Positions 31,373 through 39,536 of a stretch of 64,000 bases of DNA are shown here, in pieces. The position numbers were made by a program, and so were the translations under genes. Each line of letters starts with the position of its first letter. Position 1 is the first letter of the stretch. The notes beneath the pieces are model-generated. The model did not search any database. It saw nothing but the letters and a program-made list of their open reading frames with translations, and had not been told where the DNA came from. Source of the stretch: Candidatus Moraniibacteriota bacterium (GTDB lineage Bacteria > Patescibacteriota > Minisyncoccia > Moranbacterales > GCA-2747515); assembly GCA_046116545.1 (NCBI GenBank), contig CP175956.1:257734-321733 (forward strand), in the 5' to 3' direction.

Positions 31373-31410
31373 TGCATGGAGCATGGAATGCTGTTGGAAC
31401 TTTTTTGATG
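31373..31410 (+). repeat. Array repeat R1 (att-like)
   Basis: TGCATGGAGCATGGAATGCTGTTGGAACTTTTTTGATG, preceded by a near copy of the tRNA-Ser terminator. Confidence 0.85.
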
Positions 31411-31556
31411 AATATAGATTTGCTCTAATTTATTTATGAAAGAATTTATACAATATTCTAAATTTAACTAGTTTCTTTTAATAAATATGTTAAAATTAGA
31501 TTATTAAGTAAAAGCTGAACAGTATCACAAAACAATAATAAGGAGGTACAGCTAAA

Positions 31557-31757
31557 ATGAAAACGACTACAGAAAATCCTGATATGATTAAAAAAGTTCT
31601 ACGACAAGAAGATGCTCATCCTGACGCAAGTGATTTTATCCAAAATCATCCCGATGCAAGAGGATTCGCTCCAGGTAAACAATCAACAGAACCAAATGGA
31701 TTGTGGCATTCCCATCATGCAGATGCACACGGATGGTGCCACTCAAGTACAAAATAA
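31557..31757 (+). CDS. Small His-rich hypothetical protein (66 aa)
   Basis: Strong SD AAGGAGGT; internal HPDA repeat, C-terminal WHSHHADAHGWCH; followed by terminator. Confidence 0.65.
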   Translation: MKTTTENPDMIKKVLRQEDAHPDASDFIQNHPDARGFAPGKQSTEPNGLWHSHHADAHGWCHSSTK

Positions 31758-31776
31758 TTTTGTACTCAATTTACTC

Positions 31777-31815
31777 ACTAGCTTCATGCTTTTAGCATGA
31801 AGCTAGTTCTTTTTT
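31777..31815 (+). terminator. Intrinsic terminator
   Basis: ACTAGCTTCATGCT-ttt-AGCATGAAGCTAGT plus T-tract. Confidence 0.8.
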
Positions 31816-31848
31816 GATATCAAATTAACAATGCGTTATTTAACGCCG

Positions 31849-32322
31849 TTATACTATTTCTATTTCATCAATCACTTTGCCATAAAAATCTTGACGTTTA
31901 CCGCTCTGATCATTTACACCAAGACTAAGATAAAAACCTTCCTCAGAATCATAATCCCAAAATGTTTCACTCTCGCCTTCTTTAAAAATCTCTTCGCCAC
32001 TTGTGTGTTCTGCAACTGCATGTGCCTCAAAAAGAAATGTGAAATCCTTATCATCATATGTTACATCTTCTGGAAATGGTTGTGCTATATCACAATTAAC
32101 CTCACGAACCAATACAAAAGAATTATCCTCCGCATCATCCGCCAAAACATATCCATCAGACAAAAAGCATTTAATATAAAAACTCTTATCATCCAAACGG
32201 AACATTACAATTTCCAATACATCAAGCTCCTTATCATCTACAATAATTATCGTCCCAACTTTAACTTTACGTCGAAATTCTTGTACTTTCATAATTAATA
32301 TTATTACTATTTCTCTTATCAT
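31849..32322 (-). CDS. Hypothetical acidic protein (possibly DUF4178-like)
   Basis: Plausible globular ORF with FWDY motif; start probably the internal MKVQ. Confidence 0.6.
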   Translation of the reverse strand: MIREIVIILIMKVQEFRRKVKVGTIIIVDDKELDVLEIVMFRLDDKSFYIKCFLSDGYVLADDAEDNSFVLVREVNCDIAQPFPEDVTYDDKDFTFLFEAHAVAEHTSGEEIFKEGESETFWDYDSEEGFYLSLGVNDQSGKRQDFYGKVIDEIEIV

Positions 32323-32428
32323 CTTACCCTTATTCTTTAATTTTCACCAATCAAGTCATTCATAATCAAAATAAAGAGTACTGAATTAGAAATAAAAAAT
32401 CACATATCTGATCTGTGTAATTTTTATA

Positions 32429-32466
32429 TATGGGGAGCATGGGATGATATTAGAACTTTTTTGATA
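32429..32466 (+). repeat. Array repeat R2 (att-like)
   Basis: TATGGGGAGCATGGGATGATATTAGAACTTTTTTGATA. Confidence 0.85.
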
Positions 32467-32537
32467 AATTCACATTAAGTTTTTAGTATTTTTTCAACCT
32501 ACTATGCTAAAATAAGAGTGTAATAAAATAATAAATA

Positions 32538-32963
32538 ATGTTTATGAATGAAAAACTTACACAACGCGCTTTTTTTTCAAAAGGCATTGGAGGATTGATT
32601 GGAGTACTTACCTTGATATTTTTACCCTACATGTGGCCAGATGTAACTATGCATATGCGTATTGGTATATTGGTAGGGTTTGCACTTCTAGGTGGAACAA
32701 TTGCTGTTGCTGGTATTTTTACTCAAATTCCAGTATTTAATATCAGATTTACTGCTGCTATACGTGGCGCAATGATTGGTGGATCATTCGCACTTGCTTT
32801 TATACTAATCTCTTTTGATTCATTGGTTACATATATGCAAACTGCAACCATATTCGCAGGTTTATCTCCATATTGGATAATTATAGATGGACTAATTATT
32901 GGCGCACTACTTGATATTATTGCTACAAAAAAAGTAGGCGAAGGAAAGGAATTGTGTCAATAA
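32538..32963 (+). CDS. Hypothetical 4-TM membrane protein
   Basis: Four Gly-rich hydrophobic helices, C-terminal IATK..GEG. Confidence 0.75.
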   Translation: MFMNEKLTQRAFFSKGIGGLIGVLTLIFLPYMWPDVTMHMRIGILVGFALLGGTIAVAGIFTQIPVFNIRFTAAIRGAMIGGSFALAFILISFDSLVTYMQTATIFAGLSPYWIIIDGLIIGALLDIIATKKVGEGKELCQ

Positions 32964-33028
32964 ACATTTCCTATCAAAATAATGTAATTTTAAAAAACAC
33001 ATAACTATCCAGTTGTGTGTTTTTTGTT

Positions 33029-33066
33029 TGCGGGGAGGATGAGACGATATTGAAACTTTTTTGATG
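33029..33066 (+). repeat. Array repeat R3 (att-like)
   Basis: TGCGGGGAGGATGAGACGATATTGAAACTTTTTTGATG, preceded by hairpin AAAAAACACATAACT-atcc-AGTTGTGTGTTTTTT. Confidence 0.85.
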
Positions 33067-33079
33067 GAAAATACGATTA

Positions 33080-34282
33080 TTAACTACTACTAATATTAAT
33101 TTTTTCTATTTCATCAATCAAAACTCTAGATTGTTCCAAAAATGCATTTTGTATATCAACAAAATCTTCACTGCTCAATCCCTTTAAAAAATCGCTCATC
33201 CTCTGTTCTTCATTAAATATTTCTCTTTTTTCATACACTCCACTTATTTTCATCTTTTTATTTAACACACTTTTCAAAAAATCAATAGAATAACCATATG
33301 ATTCTTTAAATCCATTTGCAGAAAGAATCATCAATACACAAACCTCTGGTTCAGTATTCATGCTTACAGCATCGGAAAGAAATTCGTAAACATCCTCAGA
33401 ATTTTTAATCTGATAATCTGAGGTGCCACTATCAACTGCTTGCCAATCATGCTTTATTAAGGGTGAAAAATGATATACAAAATTTAATACCTTATGTGCT
33501 AATTCATTACTTTCTGTATGCTTTATAAAATTTTCCTTAGACAATTCTTCCAAAAAAGGATACTTTTCCTTGGCTATTGAAGCTTCGCTTTCGAAATATC
33601 TATCATGCTCATTCATATTAATCATGATTTGCCCATGCGTAGTTACTCCAAATATAATATTTTCTTTATCCCTTCTATCATAATCAACATAAAATAAATT
33701 TGTTTTTTTCCCAGAAACTTGCGGAAAAACTTTGGTTATTCCTTCATATTGTTCTAATAAAATTTCTTGATTAGAACCTTTGATAAAAAGATCTTCATCA
33801 TTAACTTGATTATATATATTAAAAAAATAACCATTATTAGCAAAGTGCACTAACAACTCTGACATTGCCTGATCAACTTCAATACGCGAAAAATTTTTCC
33901 TATTTATTGCTTGTTGCAGGTTAGCAAATCCTGCATATGTTGTTTCATCAACTAAATTTTTATTCTCTATAAGTAAGTCTAGAATATATCTAAAATTATT
34001 GGAAAAAGACTGCATTTTATTATCACCATCAGTCATCTGAGGTATTTGGTCTTTTGTTGAACCTACCAGTTTCACAACAAATTGATCAATTTTTTCTTTA
34101 TCAGATAATTGTTCATTATTATTAGCAAGAGCTTCAGCCATTCCTACAACTGGTTCACTAGCAACTACAAGTGCTGCTCCGACAGCACTCTTTATAAAAG
34201 ATCTTCTAGTCATGTTTCTTTTTTGAGAAAACTCTTGAGAAACCTGTTTTTCCTCAATTGATTTTTTAAAATGTTTCTCCAT
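33080..34282 (-). CDS. Exported protein with twin-arginine-like leader; likely start ATG 34282
   Basis: TRRSFIKSAVGAALVVA...AEALA; NELAH...EFLSD zincin-like pattern. Confidence 0.7.
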   Translation of the reverse strand: MEKHFKKSIEEKQVSQEFSQKRNMTRRSFIKSAVGAALVVASEPVVGMAEALANNNEQLSDKEKIDQFVVKLVGSTKDQIPQMTDGDNKMQSFSNNFRYILDLLIENKNLVDETTYAGFANLQQAINRKNFSRIEVDQAMSELLVHFANNGYFFNIYNQVNDEDLFIKGSNQEILLEQYEGITKVFPQVSGKKTNLFYVDYDRRDKENIIFGVTTHGQIMINMNEHDRYFESEASIAKEKYPFLEELSKENFIKHTESNELAHKVLNFVYHFSPLIKHDWQAVDSGTSDYQIKNSEDVYEFLSDAVSMNTEPEVCVLMILSANGFKESYGYSIDFLKSVLNKKMKISGVYEKREIFNEEQRMSDFLKGLSSEDFVDIQNAFLEQSRVLIDEIEKINISSS

Positions 34283-34466
34283 ATTATATAGTTCAAAAAT
34301 AAATACCTCTAGAAATTTTTTCTTATATTCCAGCCCAAGAAAAAAATACTTTACAAGCACTCTTTTAAAAGCTATTCAAATAATATCATAAAATATATCC
34401 ATTTGGAACTTTTAGAGTTTTATAATAAAAACAAAAAATACACATCTAAGATATGTGAATTGTAAA

Positions 34467-34504
34467 CGCGGGGAGTCTGGAACGATGTTGGAACTTTTTT
34501 AACA
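34467..34504 (+). repeat. Array repeat R4 (att-like)
   Basis: CGCGGGGAGTCTGGAACGATGTTGGAACTTTTTTAACA. Confidence 0.85.
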
Positions 34505-34527
34505 ATAGTTAATACATAAATTATTTG

Positions 34528-35145
34528 TTACTCACTTTTTAAAATCCCAATATACACTTTAATTTTTTCATCTCCTGATACAGCATACGCTAATGACCTC
34601 ATACAACCGTCATCCAAAAACCATGAGATTGTTTTAATTCCTCCATTATGCTTTTTATATGTTCCATTTGGCACAACTATTGGTAATAAATATTTTTCCT
34701 TCTGCAATATTCTTTTTATTGGAATTATTTGAGGAACTACTTGAAACGCTCGTCTTTTTTGAATTTTCGACTTATCTTTTTTAAGTTCGACTCTTAACTT
34801 TTGTGCAGTTTGACTTAAAGAAACTCTTTGTGTCCATGACTCATATAACCCGCCTGTCCTATTCCACACTTTAACTTCAGATACATTTACTTCACCCAAA
34901 TACCAATCCAATGTTTCATATGCTTTTAATCTTTTTTTATATTCATCTCCTATAATTTTATCAAGTGACTTTTCTCTTAGTTTTAAAACCTTCTTTTTAG
35001 TCTTTGATAAGTTTTGTATAAGTGTATCCTTATCTGGATTATACTCTTTAATTCCTTTTTTGCGCATTTTTTTTGATGTAAAGCGTTGTGATAATACAAA
35101 ACATCTTTTTGTCTCAATAACTGAAACTTTTTTAAATAATTTCAT
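34528..35145 (-). CDS. Basic hypothetical protein, possible ParB/Srx-like motif (start may be ATG 35068)
   Basis: LPIVV...LDDGCMRSLAY resembles the DGxxR motif. Confidence 0.55.
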   Translation of the reverse strand: MKLFKKVSVIETKRCFVLSQRFTSKKMRKKGIKEYNPDKDTLIQNLSKTKKKVLKLREKSLDKIIGDEYKKRLKAYETLDWYLGEVNVSEVKVWNRTGGLYESWTQRVSLSQTAQKLRVELKKDKSKIQKRRAFQVVPQIIPIKRILQKEKYLLPIVVPNGTYKKHNGGIKTISWFLDDGCMRSLAYAVSGDEKIKVYIGILKSE

Positions 35146-35214
35146 AAATTTTATTTTACTTTTTATATATCAAGTATATCACTGATAGTTCCAAAGTGAT
35201 AAACTCCTTATAAT

Positions 35215-35240
35215 AAAAAGCTCTTGAACAAGAGCTTTTT
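35215..35240 (-). terminator. Terminator of tRNA-Ser(GCT)
   Basis: AAAAAGCTCTTG-aa-CAAGAGCTTTTT perfect hairpin. Confidence 0.85.
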
Positions 35241-35247
35241 ATGTGTG

Positions 35248-35334
35248 CGGAGAGGGAGGGATTCGAACCCTCGAGGCCCGTAAAGACCTAACACCTTAGC
35301 AGGGTGCCCTATTCGACCGCTCTAGCACCTCTCC
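35248..35334 (-). tRNA. tRNA-Ser(GCT)
   Basis: GGAGAGG acceptor stem, anticodon loop CT-GCT-AA, long variable arm, GGTTCGAATCC; CCA not encoded. Confidence 0.96.
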
Positions 35335-35433
35335 ATATTTGTATTCAATTGTACAAAAACTAGTGTATCATCAAATATGCTACAAATCAAGTTTTATGTT
35401 ATCATTTATATAATAATCTTTTAAATAAAAAAT

Positions 35434-36174
35434 ATGAGTCTTATTTTTGATAATATCACAGAACAAGATAAAGTTCTCTCTGTCAAAGAATTGATTGATG
35501 ATTCTACTCCACGTCCTTCATTCTTTTTTCTAATTGTTCTGTCTGCGCTGATGGCTGCGTGTGGACTCCTTATAAATAACTCTGCTGTTATCATAGCTTC
35601 TATGCTTATCGCTCCGATACTGTCCCCTATTTTGTCTCTGGCTCTTGGGATTGTAATTGCTGATGGTAAGTTAATTTCACGATCTTTTTTTACACTTCTC
35701 AAATCAGCTGGTTATGCAATAGGTCTTTCTGCAATTGCTACTTGGTTGCTTTGGAACTTCACATCGAGTTCTAACTTCATGATTGAATTAAATCCTGAAA
35801 TACTTGAGCGTATAGAACCATCTATTGTTTATTTACTTATAGCAATTATTGCGGGTACTGCAACTGCCTTTGCTAGAGTTAAGCCTGATTTATCAGAAGC
35901 ACTTCCAGGAACTGCTATTGCCGTTGCTTTAGTGCCACCACTTGCAACTGTTGGTATCGGCATAGCAACTCTCAATATGTCTGTTGTATCTGGTGCACTA
36001 GCAATGTTTATTTTGAATGCTGTTGGAATTGTACTTGCTGCAATGGTGATGTTTTCACTTATGAATCTCTATACTAAAAAAACTGTGATAGAAAAAACTG
36101 TAGAACAGGCTGATGAGAAATTAGAAAAAGAAAAAGAAAACTCTGAAAAGAAAAATGGCATTAAAAGAAAATAA
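35434..36174 (+). CDS. DUF389 / TIGR00341-family membrane protein
   Basis: NSAVIIASMLIAPILSPI and LPGTAIAVALVPPL signature segments. Confidence 0.85.
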   Translation: MSLIFDNITEQDKVLSVKELIDDSTPRPSFFFLIVLSALMAACGLLINNSAVIIASMLIAPILSPILSLALGIVIADGKLISRSFFTLLKSAGYAIGLSAIATWLLWNFTSSSNFMIELNPEILERIEPSIVYLLIAIIAGTATAFARVKPDLSEALPGTAIAVALVPPLATVGIGIATLNMSVVSGALAMFILNAVGIVLAAMVMFSLMNLYTKKTVIEKTVEQADEKLEKEKENSEKKNGIKRK

Positions 36175-36182
36175 CTAAAATA

Positions 36183-36209
36183 AAAAACAACCTACTAATA
36201 GGTTGTTTT
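36183..36209. terminator. Bidirectional terminator
   Basis: AAAACAACCTA-ctaa-TAGGTTGTTTT. Confidence 0.75.
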
Positions 36210-36219
36210 ATATTTTCTG

Positions 36220-36292
36220 TGTCCTTGGTAGGAGTTGAACCTACGACCTTTTGGACCGCAACCAAACGCTCTATCCACTGAGCTACAAGGAC
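36220..36292 (-). tRNA. tRNA-Arg(GCG)
   Basis: GTCCTTG/CAAGGAC acceptor stem, anticodon arm TTTGG-TT GCG GT-CCAAA, GGTTCAACTCC. Confidence 0.93.
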
Positions 36293-36349
36293 ATATTTAA
36301 ATTATATAACAAATATTATTTTACACAAAAAATGTATAAAAGTCAATCT

Positions 36350-36377
36350 AAAAAAGACGTATTGCTACGTCTTTTTT
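36350..36377 (-). terminator. Terminator
   Basis: AAAAAAGACGTA-ttgc-TACGTCTTTTTT. Confidence 0.75.
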
Positions 36378-36380
36378 GAT

Positions 36381-37172
36381 TTATATATGTAACAGTCTTT
36401 CTAAAATATCTATCAGGTTCTGCTCTTGTTTTTCTTCAGGTATGAATTCTACTAATTTTTCATGCACTATAACTGGATCGACTTGATGTAATGGTATATG
36501 TAAATATGGCCTCAAATGACCTTTAACATGTAAACTAATAATACGTGTATGTGGTGGCTCATAAAAAATCCAGAAAGACTTAATATCATCAAAATCATAC
36601 ATTTCATCACCTACTAAAATTCCATCATACGTTACAGCAAAATCAATAACCTTTGGAGGTCTTGATAATTGCAGATATCCAACTATCCATATAAGTCCAA
36701 AAACTATTGCCATTATTATACTATCCGTCCATAAAGCATAGAGACAGATTAATGCTATTGTTATAGAAATCCCTAAATACCAATTCTTACTACGCGGATA
36801 ATGCTCAAAATCAGGACCTCTCCAATGCACGATTACATCTTCTTTGTTTGTAATTAGATATTGAGAATGTTCTTTTTCATAATCATAATCATTTTGATAT
36901 TCTAACGCTTCAGCTGGCAATGGCTGTTTTGCTTCTTTTCTAATCCATTTTTCATGTTGTGCATTTCTTTGCACATTATCATCCAACACTCTCTTGAGCG
37001 GAGCTGATTGAACTATATGTTTAGAAGTTGATTGCTGAATTTTCTTTTGTTGTGAAGGTTTTTTTATTTGTTTGTTTTGATTTGGTTGTTGTAACTGTTT
37101 TTTATCATTAGAAAAAGAGTTCTGATTGTCTGAGCTTGTTTGATTCATTTTATCTTCACGTAAATTCATCAT
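36381..37172 (-). CDS. Conserved hypothetical membrane protein (2 TM plus PH-like C-terminal domain, Q-rich N-terminus)
   Basis: WRGPDFEHYPRSKNWY, two TM, GILVGDEMY.FDDIKSFWI. Confidence 0.75.
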   Translation of the reverse strand: MMNLREDKMNQTSSDNQNSFSNDKKQLQQPNQNKQIKKPSQQKKIQQSTSKHIVQSAPLKRVLDDNVQRNAQHEKWIRKEAKQPLPAEALEYQNDYDYEKEHSQYLITNKEDVIVHWRGPDFEHYPRSKNWYLGISITIALICLYALWTDSIIMAIVFGLIWIVGYLQLSRPPKVIDFAVTYDGILVGDEMYDFDDIKSFWIFYEPPHTRIISLHVKGHLRPYLHIPLHQVDPVIVHEKLVEFIPEEKQEQNLIDILERLLHI

Positions 37173-37259
37173 TATATTATTTTTATTTTTCTAAGTATTA
37201 ATATATTAACATATTTACAAAATCCTTGCTACCTGTTATGATATATCTTGTAGTTGACT

Positions 37260-37346
37260 GGAGGCGTGGCAGAGTGGTCGAATGCATCGGTCTTGAAAAC
37301 CGAAGTCCCCTAACGGGGACCGGGGGTTCGAATCCCTCCGCCTCCG
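37260..37346 (+). tRNA. tRNA-Ser(TGA)
   Basis: GGAGGCG/CGCCTCC acceptor stem, TCGGT-CT TGA AA-ACCGA, long variable arm, GGTTCGAATCC. Confidence 0.96.
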
Positions 37347-37351
37347 CATTT

Positions 37352-37377
37352 AATCCGCCTGAACGGCGGATTTTATT
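37352..37377 (+). terminator. Terminator after tRNA-Ser(TGA)
   Basis: AATCCGCC-tgaac-GGCGGATTTT. Confidence 0.75.
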
Positions 37378-37392
37378 TATCTAACAATTTTT

Positions 37393-38115
37393 ATGCAAAA
37401 AATGTTATCTATAAAGGATCTTACAATCAAAGCTAATGACAAAGAAATATTACATGAAATTTCTTTTGATTTTAAAATTGGTAAAATATACGCAATCATG
37501 GGAGTAAATGGTTCTGGTAAGAGCTCACTAGCAAAATCAATTATGGGTAGTGAGGAACTTTTTATTGAAAATGGCTCTATTACTATAGGTGACAAAAAAA
37601 TAAATGCCTTGCAATCAAATGAGAGAGCATCTCTTGGAATCTTCTTATCTCCTCAATCACCAATTGCACTTCCGGGTGTAACAGTTGGTCAATTACTCAG
37701 AACTGCTATATCTCGTAGTGACATGAGCAGTAAAGAACTTATGCAAAAAATTAAATCTATTGCCAAAGAATTAGAGATACCAAAAGAATTATTGACTCGT
37801 TCACTAAATGAAAACTTTAGTGGTGGTGAGAGAAAGAAAATGGAAGTTTTACAAGCTGCTATATTAAATCCTAAATATATTATCTTAGATGAAATAGATA
37901 CTGGCGTAGATATTGATGCTCTTGGCATTATCGCAAACTTTTTAAAAAAATTCGTCCAAGATTCCGATAAAATATTGATTTTAATAACTCATTATAATAG
38001 AATATTGTCTTATTTAGATATCGATGAAGTACTTGTACTGCGCGATGGTAAAATAACTGAAATTGGTGATTCTTCCCTTGCTGAAAAAATTGAAAAGGAT
38101 GGCTATACTTCTTAA
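37393..38115 (+). CDS. sufC: Fe-S cluster assembly ATPase SufC
   Basis: GVNGSGKS, RSLNENFSGGERKK, LDEIDTGVDIDAL, ITHYNRIL. Confidence 0.93.
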   Translation: MQKMLSIKDLTIKANDKEILHEISFDFKIGKIYAIMGVNGSGKSSLAKSIMGSEELFIENGSITIGDKKINALQSNERASLGIFLSPQSPIALPGVTVGQLLRTAISRSDMSSKELMQKIKSIAKELEIPKELLTRSLNENFSGGERKKMEVLQAAILNPKYIILDEIDTGVDIDALGIIANFLKKFVQDSDKILILITHYNRILSYLDIDEVLVLRDGKITEIGDSSLAEKIEKDGYTS

Positions 38116-38124
38116 GTTTCAAAA

Positions 38125-39531
38125 ATGACAAAAAATTTAACTAAAAATAATTTAAACTTTAACAGGCGTCATGATTTTGCGATGCCTGAAGTTTCTGTTA
38201 CAAAAGTTAAGCCTGGCATAAATAAAAATGTAGTTCAATCAATAAGCGATTATAAAAAAGAAGACTCTTGGATGCAGAAATTTAGACAAACTTCTTACAA
38301 AATATTCAACGAAAAAGAAATGCCTAAATGGGGTCCTGGTTTATCAAAAATAAATTTTGATAATATAACATATTTTCTAAGAGCCACCGACAAGCAAGTT
38401 ACTTCCTGGGATGACCTGCCAGATGAAATTAAAGAAACTTATGATAAAATAGGCGTTCCTGAACATGAAAAAAAGTGGTTAGGCGGTGTTAGCGCTCAAT
38501 ATGAAAGTGAGGTTGTTTACGAATCTATTGCCAAAGAACTTGATGATTTGGGTGTACTTTTTTGTGATATGGATACTGCTGTCAAAAAATATCCTAAATT
38601 AGTTAAAAAATATTTTGGTAAATTAGTACCTCCAACTGACAATAAATTTGCTGCACTAAATTCTGCTGTGTGGAGTGGTGGTTCATTTATTTATATTCCA
38701 AAAGGAGTTCATGTGAAACTTCCTTTACAAGCTTATTTCAGAATCAATGCTGAACGATTTGGACAATTTGAACGTACACTCATAATAGCTGATGAGGATT
38801 CATCTGTGCATTATATAGAAGGCTGCACTGCACCAACTTATTCAACTGAATCTATTCATGCTGCTGTAGTTGAAATATTTGTCCTAAAAAATGCAAAGAT
38901 TCGATATACAACAATTCAAAACTGGAGCACAAATATTTATAATCTTGTCACAAAACGAGCAAAGGCAATGGAGGGCGCTACAATGGAGTGGGTTGATTGT
39001 AATATTGGATCGGGCGTAACTATGAAATACCCTGCTGTACTTTTAGCTGGTGATGGTGCTCGTGGAAATATGATGTCTATAGCGTTAGCTGGTAAAAATC
39101 AAACTATAGATACAGGAGCAAAGATGATACATTTAGCTCCAAATACAAATTCAAATATCATTTCAAAATCAATATCTATGGATGGTGGCATATCAAACTA
39201 TAGAGGGTTAATACAAATAACAACTGCTGCAAAAAATGCCAAAAGTCATACTCAATGTGATGCAATGTTACTAGATAATAATTCGCAATCAAATACATAT
39301 CCAACAATGGATACGAAGGAAAAAACAGCTAGCATCTCACATGAAGCAAGTATAGAAAGTATAGACAATGAAAAAATATTTTATATGATGAGTCGTGGAC
39401 TAACAGAACAACAATCTAGAAGCATGCTAGTAAATGGATTTATAGAAGAAATAACTAAAGAAATTCCTTTGGAATATTCTGTAGAATTATACAAACTAAT
39501 TAACTTGGAAATGGAACGTTCAATAGACTAA
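38125..39531 (+). CDS. sufB: Fe-S cluster assembly protein SufB
   Basis: AQYESEVVY, DNKFAALNSAVWSGGSF, GQFERTLI, YIEGCTAP, TMKYP. Confidence 0.97.
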   Translation: MTKNLTKNNLNFNRRHDFAMPEVSVTKVKPGINKNVVQSISDYKKEDSWMQKFRQTSYKIFNEKEMPKWGPGLSKINFDNITYFLRATDKQVTSWDDLPDEIKETYDKIGVPEHEKKWLGGVSAQYESEVVYESIAKELDDLGVLFCDMDTAVKKYPKLVKKYFGKLVPPTDNKFAALNSAVWSGGSFIYIPKGVHVKLPLQAYFRINAERFGQFERTLIIADEDSSVHYIEGCTAPTYSTESIHAAVVEIFVLKNAKIRYTTIQNWSTNIYNLVTKRAKAMEGATMEWVDCNIGSGVTMKYPAVLLAGDGARGNMMSIALAGKNQTIDTGAKMIHLAPNTNSNIISKSISMDGGISNYRGLIQITTAAKNAKSHTQCDAMLLDNNSQSNTYPTMDTKEKTASISHEASIESIDNEKIFYMMSRGLTEQQSRSMLVNGFIEEITKEIPLEYSVELYKLINLEMERSID

Positions 39532-39536
39532 AGAAT

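Noticed and set aside
31831-32298. 155-aa plus-strand ORF
   Set aside because: Antisense to the more protein-like 31849-32322 ORF.
31373-34504. CRISPR array interpretation of the 38-bp repeats
   Set aside because: Spacing is 0.6-1.4 kb with whole genes between, repeats are degenerate, and no cas genes are present.
31373-34504. Classical integron attC sites
   Set aside because: No RYYYAAC...GTTRRRY inverted cores, cargo genes lie on both strands, and no intI is in the window.
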